A stretch of DNA of 64,000 bases from NCBI GenBank assembly GCA_964016885.1, contig OZ024740.1:7626001-7690000 (forward strand). The letters are read 5' to 3'. A model generated the notes under the pieces. It had not been told where the DNA came from. It saw nothing but the letters and a program-made list of their open reading frames with translations, and ran no database searches. Source of the stretch: Eledone cirrhosa (lineage: Eukaryota). Made by a program: the position numbers and the translations under genes. Positions 53,801 through 64,000 of the stretch are shown piece after piece (the first letter of the stretch is position 1; the number at the start of each line of letters is the position of its first letter).

Positions 53801-56800
53801 TTGGTATGTCAGTTTGGATTGGTATATCAGTTTTGATTAGTATGTCAGCTTCTATTGGTATATCAGTTTCGATTGGTATATCAGTTTCGATTTGTATATG
53901 AGTTTCGATTGGTATGTCATTTTCGATTAGTATATCAGTTTCTATTGGTATGTCAGTTTCGATTGGTATGTCAGATTCTATTGGTATATCAGTTTCGATT
54001 GGTATATCAGATTCGATTGGTATATCAGTTTTGATTGGTATATCAGTTTCTATTGGTATATCAATTTCTATTGGTATGTCAGTTTTGATTGGTATATCAG
54101 TTTCGATTAGAATGTCAGTTTCGATTGGTATGTCAGTTTCGATTGGTATATCAGTTTCGATAGGTATATCAGTTTCGATTGGTATGTCAGTTTTGATTGG
54201 TATATCAGTTTCTATTGCTATATCAGTTTCTGTTGGTATGTCAGTTTCGATTGTTATGTCAGTTTCTATTGGTATATCAGTTTCGATTGGTATATCAGTT
54301 TCGATTGGTATATCAGTTTCTATTGGTATATCAGTTTCTATTGGTATGTCAGTTTTTATTGGTATATCAGTTTTGATTAGAATGTCATTTTCGATTGGTA
54401 TGTCAGTTTCTATTGGTATATCAGTTTCGATTGGTATGTCAGTTTTGATTGGTATATCAGTTTCTATTGCTATATCAGTTTCTGTTGGTATGTCAGTTTC
54501 GATTGGTATGTCAGTTTCGATTAGTATTTCAGTTGCTATTGGTATATCAGTTTCCATTCGTAGGTCAGTTTCTATTGGTATGTCAGTTTCTATTGGTATA
54601 CCAGTTTCGATTGGTATGTCAGTTTATATTGGTATGTATGTTTCTATCAGTATATCAGTTTTGATTGGTATATCAGTTTCGATTGGTATGTCAGTTTCTA
54701 TTGGTATATCAGTTTTGATTGGTATATCAGTTTCAATTAGTATGTCAGTTTCTATTGGTATATCAGTTTCGATTGGTATATCAGTTTCGATTAGTATGTC
54801 AATTTCTATTGGTATATCAGTTTCTATTGGTATATCAGTTTTGATTGCTATATCAGTTTCAATTAATATGTCAGTTTCTATTTGTATATCATTTTCGATT
54901 GCTATGTCAGTTGCTATTGGTATATCAATTTCGATTGGTATGTCAGTTTCTATTGGTATGTCAGTTTTTATTGGTATATCAGTTTCGATAGGTATGTCAG
55001 TTTCGATTCTTATATCAGTTACTATTGTTATCTCAGTTTCGATATGTATGTCAGTTTCGATTGGTATATCAGTTACGATTGGTATGTCACTTTCTGTTGG
55101 TATATCAGTTTCTATTGGTATGTCAGTTTCGATAGGTATGTCAGTTTTTATTGGTATATCAGTTTCGATTGGTATGTCAGTTTCTATTGGTTTGTCAGTT
55201 TCGATTGGTATTTCATTTCCTATTGTTATATCAGTTTCCATTGGTAGGTCAGTTTCTATTGGTATGTCAGCTTCTATTGGTATACCAGTTTCTATTGGTA
55301 TGTCAGTTTCGATTAGCATGACAATTTCTATTGGTATGTCAGTTTCTATTGGTATGTATGTTTCTATTAGTATATCAGTTTTGATTTGTATATCAGTTTC
55401 GATTGGTATGTCAGTTTCTATTGGTATATCAGTTTTGATTGGTATATCAGTTTCAATTAGTATGTCAGTTTCTATTGGTATATCAGTTTCGATTGGTATA
55501 TCAGTTTCGATTAGTATGTCAATTTCTATTGGTATGTCAGTTTCTATTGTTATATAAGTTTTGATTGGTATATCAGTTTCAATTAGTATGTCAGTTTCTA
55601 TTGGTATATCAGTTTCGATTGCTATGTCAGTTGCTATTGTTATATCAATTTCGATTGGTATGTCAGTTTCTATTGGTATGTCAGTTTCTATTGGTATATC
55701 AGTTTCGATAGGTATGTCAGTTTCGATTATTATATCAGTTACTATTGTTATCTCAGTTTCGATTTGTATGTCAGTTTCGATTGGTATATCAGTTTCGATT
55801 GGTATGTCAGTTTCTATTGGTATATCAGTTTCTATTGGTATGTCAGTGTCGATAGGTATGTCAGTTTTTATTGATATATCAGTTTCGATTGGTATGTCAG
55901 TTTCTATTGGTTTGTCAGTTTCGATTATTTTATCAGTTAGTATTGGTATGTCAGTTTCGATTGGTATGTCAGTTTGGATTGGTATATCAGTTTTGATTAG
56001 TATGTCAGCTTCTATTGGTATATCAGTTTCGATTGGTATATCAGTTTCGATTTGTATATGAGTTTCGATTGGTATGTCATTTTCGATTAGTATATCAGTT
56101 TCTATTGGTATGTCAGTTTCGATTGGTATGTCAGATTCTATTGGTATATCAGTTTCGATTGGTATATCAGTTTCGATTGGTATATCAGTTTCGATTGGTA
56201 TATCAGTTTCTATTGGTATATCAATTTCTATTGGTATGTCAGTTTTGATTGGTATATCAGTTTCGATTAGAATGTCAGTTTCGATCGGTATGTCAGTCTC
56301 GATTGGTATATCAGTTTCGATAGGTATGTCAGTTTCGATTGGTATGTCAGTTTTGATTGGTATATCAGTTTCTATTGCTATATCAGTTTCTGTTGGTATG
56401 TCAGTTTCGATTGGTATGTCAGTTTCTATTGGTATATCAGTTTCGATTGGTATATCAGTTTCTATTGGTATATCAGTTTCTATTGGTATATCAGTTTGAT
56501 TAGAATGTCATTTTCGATTGGTATGTCAGTTTCGATTGGTATATCAGTTTCGATACGTATATCAGTTTCGATTGGTATGTCAGTTACGATTGGTATATCA
56601 GTTTCTATTGCTATATCAGTTTCTGTTGGTATGTCAGTTTCGATTCATATGTCAGTTTCGATTAGTATATCAGTTTTTATAGGTATGTCAGTTTCTATTC
56701 GTATATCAGTTTTGATTGGTATGTCAGTTTCGATTAGTATTTCAGTTGCTATTGGTATATCAGTTTCAATTCGTAGGTCAGTTTCTATTGGTATGTCAGT

Positions 56801-59291
56801 TTCTATTGGTATACCAGTTTCGATTGGTATGTCAGTTTCTATTGGTATGTATGTTTCTATTAGTATATCAGTTTTGATTGGTATATCAGTTTCGATTGGT
56901 ATGTCAGTTTCTATTGGTATATCAGTTTTGATTGGTATATCAGTTTCAATTAGTATGACAGTTTCTATTGGTATATCAGTTTCGATTGGTATATCAGTTT
57001 CGATTAGTATGTCAATTTCTATTGGTATATCAGTTTCTATTGGTATATCAGTTTTGATTGCTATATCAGTTTCAATTAATATGTCAGTTTCTATTTGTAT
57101 ATCATTTTCGATTGCTATGTCAGTTGCTATTGGTATATCAATTTCGATTGGTATGTCAGTTTCTATTGGTATGTCAGTTTTTATTGGTATATCAGTTTCG
57201 AAAGGTATGTCAGTTTCGATTCTTATATCAGTTACTATTGTTATCTCAGTTTCGATATGTATGTCAGTTTCGATTGGTATATCAGTTACGATTGGTATGT
57301 CACTTTCTGTTGGTATATCAGTTTCTATTGGTATGTCAGTTTCGATAGGTATGTCAGTTTTTATTGGTATATCAGTTTCGATTGGTATGTCAGTTTCTAT
57401 TGGTTTGTCAGTTTCGATTGGTATTTCATTTCCTATTGTTATATCAGTTTCCATTGGTAGGTCAGTTTCTATTGGTATGTCAGCTTCTATTGGTATACCA
57501 GTTTCTATTGGTATGTCAGTTTCGATTAGCATGACAATTTCTATTGGTATGTCAGTTTCTATTGGTATGTATGTTTCTATTAGTATATCAGTTTTGATTT
57601 GTATATCAGTTTCGATTGGTATGTCAGTTTCTATTGGTATATCAGTTTCGATTGGTATATCAGTTTCGATTAGTATGTCAATTTCTATTGGTATGTCAGT
57701 TTCTATTGTTATATAAGTTTTGATTGGTATATCAGTTTCAATTAGTATGTCAGTTTCTATTGGTATATCAGTTTCGATTGGTATGTCAGTTTCTATTGGT
57801 ATGTCAGTTTCTATTGGTATATCAGTTTCGATAGGTATGTCAGTTTCGATTATTATATCAGTTACTATTGTTATCTCAGTTTCGATTTGTATGTCAGTTT
57901 CGATTGGTATATCAGTTTCGATTGGTATGTCAGTTTCTATTGGTATATCAGTTTCTATTGGTATGTCAGTGTCGATAGGTATGTCAGTTTTTATTGATAT
58001 ATCAGTTTCGATTGGTATGTCAGTTTCTATTGGTTTGTCAGTTTCGATTATTTTATCAGTTAGTATTGGTATGTCAGTTTCGATTGGTATGTCAGTTTCG
58101 ATCGGTATATCAGTTTCTATTGGTATGACAGTTTCGATTGGTATATCAGTTTGGATTGGTATGTCAGTTTGGATTGGTATATCAGTTTTGATTAGTATGT
58201 CAGCTTCTATTGGTATATCAGTTTCGATTGGTATATCAGTTTCGATTTGTATATGAGTTTCGATTGGTATGTCATTTTCGATTAGTATATCAGTTTCTAT
58301 TGGTATGTCAGTTTCGATTGGTATGTCAGATTCTATTGGTATATCAGTTTCGATTGGTATATCAGATTCGATTGGTATATCAGTTTTGATTGGTATATCA
58401 GTTTCTATTGGTATATCAATTTCTATTGGTATGTCAGTTTTGATTGGTATATCAGTTTCGATTAGAATGTCAGTTTCGATTGGTATGTCAGTTTCGATTG
58501 GTATATCAGTTTCGATAGGTATATCAGTTTCGATTGGTATGTCAGTTTTGATTGGTATATCAGTTTCTATTGCTATATCAGTTTCTGTTGGTATGTCAGT
58601 TTCGATTGTTATGTCAGTTTCTATTGGTATATCAGTTTCGATTGGTATATCAGTTTCGATTGGTATATCAGTTTCTATTGGTATATCAGTTTCTATTGGT
58701 ATGTCAGTTTTTATTGGTATATCAGTTTTGATTAGAATGTCATTTTCGATTGGTATGTCAGTTTCTATTGGTATATCAGTTTCGATTGGTATGTCAGTTT
58801 TGATTGGTATATCAGTTTCTATTGCTATATCAGTTTCTGTTGGTATGTCAGTTTCGATTGGTATGTCAGTTTCGATTAGTATTTCAGTTGCTATTGGTAT
58901 ATCAGTTTCCATTCGTAGGTCAGTTTCTATTGGTATGTCAGTTTCTATTGGTATACCAGTTTCGATTGGTATGTCAGTTTATATTGGTATGTATGTTTCT
59001 ATCAGTATATCAGTTTTGATTGGTATATCAGTTTCGATTGGTATGTCAGTTTCTATTGGTATATCAGTTTTGATTGGTATATCAGTTTCAATTAGTATGT
59101 CAGTTTCTATTGGTATATCAGTTTCGATTGGTATATCAGTTTCGATTAGTATGTCAATTTCTATTGGTATATCAGTTTCTATTGGTATATCAGTTTTGAT
59201 TGCTATATCAGTTTCAATTAATATGTCAGTTTCTATTTGTATATCATTTTCGATTGCTATGTCAGTTGCTATTGGTATATCAATTTCGATT
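50873..59291. repeat. 18-bp satellite array, middle segment between the two retrotransposons
   Basis: Same monomer and orientation. It resumes at 'atttcatttcctattgtt', in register with the empty paralogous sites at ~44837, 53068, 55210 and 62166. Confidence 0.99.
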
Positions 59292-61505
59292 CAAAGCATA
59301 TTACTTGATGCTTTCGACAGTAAGGAAGAACATTTAGAGTCGGACAATATAGAGGGAGAGTGGGAATTTCTGAAAGCAAACCTGCTGTTGGCGACAGACG
59401 AGGTCTGTGGCTGGAGCAGGCCTGTAGGCAGGAGGAGAGTAACATGGTGGTGGAACAGTAAGGTGGAGGGGTCAATTAAGGCCAAAAAGCAGGCTTGGAA
59501 AGTATGGCGGGATGGGGGAAGTAGAGAGGACTATCAAGTGGCCAGGAGGGAAGCTAGGAGACAAGTGTACTTAGCAAGAAGGGAAGCTGAGGAAAGAAAG
59601 TTCAAGCATGTTCTACAACGCGATGACCAAAAACGTGAGGTGTTCAGGATTGCTAGGCAATGCGTCAAGGAAAACCGTGATATTGTCGGGGAGAAGTGTG
59701 TACTAAACGACGATGGCACACTTGCCATCACCGACGCTGATAAGAAGGTAGCTTGGAAGTGTCACTATGAAAGGCTTCTAAATGAGGAGAATAATTGGGA
59801 GAAAGGCAGTCTCCCCCATATCGACCCAATAGAGGGACCAGCAGTGTTAGTCGAGGGGAGTATAATAAGTAAGGCAATCAAGGATATGAAGACTGGTAAG
59901 GCGGCTGGGCCTTCGGAAATAGTTGCTGAGATGCTGAAGGCATCTGGCACGGTGGGACACACCATGGTCACCCGCATAGTTAACCAAGTCGTACAAAACG
60001 GGGTTGTTCCGAAGGACTGGCATAGCAGCATCATCGTTAACTGTTATAAGGGTAAAGGAGACGCCCTAGATAGGAGTAACTATAGAGGCATTAAATTAAT
60101 CGACCAGGTCATGAAGGTCACGGAAAGAGTAATAGCGCAGTTAATCAGAGAGAGAATTGACCTAGATGAAATGCAGTTCGGGTTTGTGTCAGGCAAAAGT
60201 ACCACAGACGCTCTTTTCATAGTACGACAACTACAAGAGAAGTACCTAGCTAAAGGTAAACCCCTCTACTTAGCTTTTGTCGACTTGGAGAAAGCCTTCG
60301 ACAGAGTCCCCCGCTCCATTATCTGGTGGGCTCTTAGAAAACTAGGCGTTGACGAATGGCTTGTGAGGGCTATACAAGCCATGTATAAAGAAACAGTCAG
60401 CAAGGTTAGAATTAACAACGAATATAGTGAAGAGTTTAGCGTAAAAGTCGGCGTCCATCAGGGCTCTGTTCTCAGTCCACTACTATTTATTATTGCCCTT
60501 CAGGCCATAACAGAGGAGTTCAAGACAGGCTGCCCATGGGAACTCCTATACGCAGACGACCTGACACTCATAGCGGAATCAATGGCCGAGCTAGAGAAGA
60601 AATTCCAAACATGGAAGCACGGCCTAGAGTCAAAAGGACTTAAAATTAACCTGGCTAAGACCAAAGTACTAGTTTGTAGGAAAGAAAACAAGGCGGCGGT
60701 CCCTTCTGGGAAATGGTCGTGCTCGGTGTGTAGGAAAGGCGTAGGTAGAAACTCCATTTTATGTCCTAAATGCAAAGTATGGGTGCATAAAAGATGTAGT
60801 GGGATCACAGGTAGGCTAACTAAGAACATAGATTTTACATGTGGCCGGTGCTCTGGTGCAATAAGTAGCAGCAAGTGCCCACAAACTACTAGCTCTTTCA
60901 ATTGCGCAGAGGGTTCTATAGAAATAGTGGACAGCTTCCGTTACCTGGGCGATAAAATCAGCAGTGGGGGAGGGTGCTCTGAAAGTACTGTAGCTAGAGT
61001 CAGAACTGGTTGGAAAAAGTTCAGAGAGCTTATACCACTATTAGCTGCTAAAGGGTTCTCACTAAAAATGAAAGGCAGGTTGTACGATGCCTGCATACGA
61101 ACAGCAATGCTGCATGGCAGTGAGACCTGGGCATTGTGTGCAGAGGATATACGCAGACTAGAGAGGAACGAAGCTTGCATGCTCCGCTGGATGTGTAACA
61201 GTAATATACGTGAACGGCAAAGCATAAACGAACTAAGGAATAAATTAGAGATAAGAGGGATCAGATGTTGTTTACTCGAGAGAAGGCTACGTTGGTATGG
61301 ACACGTGATGCGCATGAAAGTCGATAGCTGTATAACAAAGTGCAGGGCAATAAAGATAGACGGTAGTCACGGAATAGGCAGACCTAGAAAAACCTGGGAC
61401 GAGCTGATAAACTCCGACATCACACACTTACACCTCTCCAAGACAATGTCACTGGACCGAGACCTTTGGCGGTACTCAGTAACAGAGAAGACCCGCCTTA
61501 CCTAA
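59292..61505 (+). pseudogene. 5'-truncated RTE ORF (737 codons; RT and PHD-like finger, no endonuclease), still open
   Basis: This is the C-terminal part of track ORF 58269..61505. It contains FVDLEKAFDRVPR, GVHQGSVLSPLLF, LYADDL, the finger at 60720-60851 and RRLRWYGHVMR. The APE domain and native start are missing. Confidence 0.9.
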
Positions 61506-61875
61506 ATATATAGTAAAACCTACTCCAGCCAGTAGGCATCTCTAACAAATACACCCCGTCCCACCACCCCCACCCGATCCACACCACCCCGTTCTATGTA
61601 AAGTTATGTTGGTGCCGCGCCATCGAGGCCGAAACAAATGAGATCGTGTAGGTGTCACGACAAAAAAACACACAGTCCACGCTGTAATGTGGCCGTGTAG
61701 GCAACACGGTAAAAACCTCCCAGACCCACACTGTAAATGTGGTTGGTGTTAGGAAGGGCATCCAACTGTAGAAAACCTGCCAGACAGTCCTATGCGAGCA
61801 AGACAATCACTCTTGCCTCAAGTGGGACTACCCCCGTCCAAACCCATGCAAGCGTGGAACACGGACGTTAAACGC
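61506..61875 (+). other. 3' UTR of RTE copy 2: C-rich tract, ~50-bp tandem duplication, conserved block, terminal stem-loop
   Basis: Homologous to 50615-50852 from ~61645 onward. The proximal part has diverged but remains C-rich (61551-61591). Confidence 0.85.
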
Positions 61876-61898
61876 TGATGATGATGATGATGATGATG
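61876..61898 (+). repeat. (TGA)n/(GAT)7 3' tail of RTE copy 2
   Basis: Sequence tgatgatgatgatgatgatgatg. The last 'atg' is shared with the satellite. Confidence 0.95.
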
Positions 61899-64000
61899 TC
61901 AGTTTCTATTGGTATGTCAGTTTTTATTGGTATATCAGTTTCGATAGGTATGTCAGTTTCGATTCTTATATCAGTTACTATTGTTATCTCAGTTTCGATA
62001 TGTATGTCAGTTTCGATTGGTATATCAGTTACGATTGGTATGTCACTTTCTGTTGGTATATCAGTTTCTATTGGTATGTCAGTTTCGATAGGTATGTCAG
62101 TTTTTATTGGTATATCAGTTTCGATTGGTATGTCAGTTTCTATTGGTTTGTCAGTTTCGATTGGTATTTCATTTCCTATTGTTATATCAGTTTCCATTGG
62201 TAGGTCAGTTTCTATTGGTATGTCAGCTTCTATTGGTATACCAGTTTCTATTGGTATGTCAGTTTCGATTAGCATGACAATTTCTATTGGTATGTCAGTT
62301 TCTATTGGTATGTATGTTTCTATTAGTATATCAGTTTTGATTTGTATATCAGTTTCGATTGGTATGTCAGTTTCTATTGGTATATCAGTTTTGATTGGTA
62401 TATCAGTTTCAATTAGTATGTCAGTTTCTATTGGTATATCAGTTTCGATTGGTATATCAGTTTCGATTAGTATGTCAATTTCTATTGGTATGTCAGTTTC
62501 TATTGTTATATAAGTTTTGATTGGTATATCAGTTTCAATTAGTATGTCAGTTTCTATTGGTATATCAGTTTCGATTGCTATGTCAGTTGCTATTGTTATA
62601 TCAATTTCGATTGGTATGTCAGTTTCTATTGGTATGTCAGTTTCTATTGGTATATCAGTTTCGATAGGTATGTCAGTTTCGATTATTATATCAGTTACTA
62701 TTGTTATCTCAGTTTCGATTTGTATGTCAGTTTCGATTGGTATATCAGTTTCGATTGGTATGTCAGTTTCTATTGGTATATCAGTTTCTATTGGTATGTC
62801 AGTGTCGATAGGTATGTCAGTTTTTATTGATATATCAGTTTCGATTGGTATGTCAGTTTCTATTGGTTTGTCAGTTTCGATTATTTTATCAGTTAGTATT
62901 GGTATGTCAGTTTCGATTGGTATGTCAGTTTCGATCGGTATATCAGTTTCTATTGGTATGACAGTTTTGATTGGTATATCAGTTTGGATTGGTATGTCAG
63001 TTTGGATTGGTATATCAGTTTTGATTAGTATGTCAGCTTCTATTGGTATATCAGTTTCGATTGGTATATCAGTTTCGATTTGTATATGAGTTTCGATTGG
63101 TATGTCATTTTCGATTAGTATATCAGTTTCTATTGGTATGTCAGTTTCGATTGGTATGTCAGTTTTTATTGGTATATCAGTTTCGATTGGTATGTCAGTT
63201 TCGATTAGTATATCAGTATCTATAGGTATGTCAGTTTCTATTTGTATATCAGTTTTGATTGGTATATCAGTTTCGATTGGTATGTCAGTTTCGTTTATTA
63301 TATCAGTTACTATTGTTATGTCAGTTTCGATTGGAAAGTCAGTTTCGATTGGTATGTCAGTTTCTATTGGTATGACAGTTTCGATTGGTATGTCAGTTTT
63401 GATTGGTATATGAGTTTCGATTGGTATGTCATTTTCGATTAGTATATCAGTTTCTATTGGTATGTCAGTTTCGATTGGTATGTCAGATTCTATTGGTATA
63501 TCAGTTTCGATTGGTATATCAGTTTCGATTGGTATATCAGTTTCGATTGGTATATCAGTTTCTATTGGTATATCAATTTCTATTGGTATGTCAGTTTTGA
63601 TTGGTATATCAGTTTCGATTAGAATGTCAGTTTCGATCGGTATGTCAGTCTCGATTGGTATATCAGTTTCGATAGGTATATCAGTTTCGATTGGTATGTC
63701 AGTTTTGATTGGTATATCAGTTTCTATTGCTATATCAGTTTCTGTTGGTATGTCAGTTTCGATTGGTATGTCAGTTTCTATTGGTATATCAGTTTCGATT
63801 GGTATATCAGTTTCTATTGGTATATCAGTTTCTATTGGTATATCAGTTTGATTAGAATGTCATTTTCGATTGGTATGTCAGTTTCGATTGGTATATCAGT
63901 TTCGATACGTATATCAGTTTCGATTGGTATGTCAGTTACGATTGGTATATCAGTTTCTATTGCTATATCAGTTTCTGTTGGTATGTCAGTTTCGATTCAT
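61896..64000. repeat. 18-bp satellite array, right segment (continues beyond the window)
   Basis: Same monomer and orientation. Its variant pattern matches 45.2-46.7 kb at offset 17329 (ORF track 45188/62517, 45773/63102, 46097/63426). Confidence 0.99.

Larger units (their letters stand above)
59292..61895 (+). mobile_element. RTE-clade non-LTR retrotransposon, copy 2 (5'-truncated, different subfamily)
   Basis: It begins in the linker after the endonuclease domain (QSILLDAFDSKEE aligns with KDILLNAYDSKEE of copy 1). It is colinear with copy 1 to the end, with a homologous 3' UTR and a (GAT)7 tail. Confidence 0.95.
43220..64000. repeat. Higher-order domain built from a ~2.1-2.6-kb unit, including 2555-bp and ~4355-bp duplications, interrupted by two LINEs
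   Basis: Offsets 2555 (43358/45913, 43964/46519) and 4355 (52141/56496, 53914/58269). Marker 'tcatttcctatt' recurs at ~44840, 50876, 53071, 55213, 57426 and 62169. The -1 marker 'agtttgattagaatg' recurs at ~43961, 46516, 52138, 56493 and 63845. Confidence 0.88.

Noticed and set aside
47444-61895. The two retroelements as a duplicate pair or as LTRs of one element
   Set aside because: They have extensive synonymous and amino-acid divergence, different flanking monomers and different 5' ends, and no LTR features.
1-64000. CRISPR array
   Set aside because: Monomers abut directly with no unique spacers, there are no cas genes, and the LINE context is eukaryotic.
1-64000. Telomerase-synthesised long telomeric repeat with TRAS/SART-like inserts
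   Set aside because: Substitution-rich monomers and near-exact multi-kb duplications point to recombinational growth, no chromosome end is visible, and the inserts are RTE rather than R1 clade. A subtelomeric location cannot be excluded.

Overview
This window is almost entirely an AT-rich, head-to-tail 18-bp eukaryotic satellite (consensus TCAGTTTC[G/T]ATTGGTAT[A/G], roughly 3,200 monomers, one orientation throughout). It is organised in layered, near-identical kb-scale tandem duplications with periods of about 7.9, 6.5, 6.0, 4.35 and 2.1-2.6 kb. The only non-satellite DNA is two related but distinct RTE-clade non-LTR retrotransposons. One has an intact 1039-aa APE-RT ORF (47444-50872) and the other is 5'-truncated but still stop-free (59292-61895). 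Both carry a C4HC3 PHD-like finger inside the RT domain and a (GAT)7 tail, and both lie in the same orientation. Both have their 3' junction at the same base of the monomer (TTTCGATTGGT^AT) and show a net 2-3 bp target deletion instead of a target-site duplication, which can be read against empty paralogous copies in the array. The best candidate for a new system is a satellite-targeting, PHD-bearing RTE lineage, but this rests on only two insertions. The satellite monomer is also a G:U-wobble quasi-palindrome. All other ORFs in the track are translation artefacts of the satellite.
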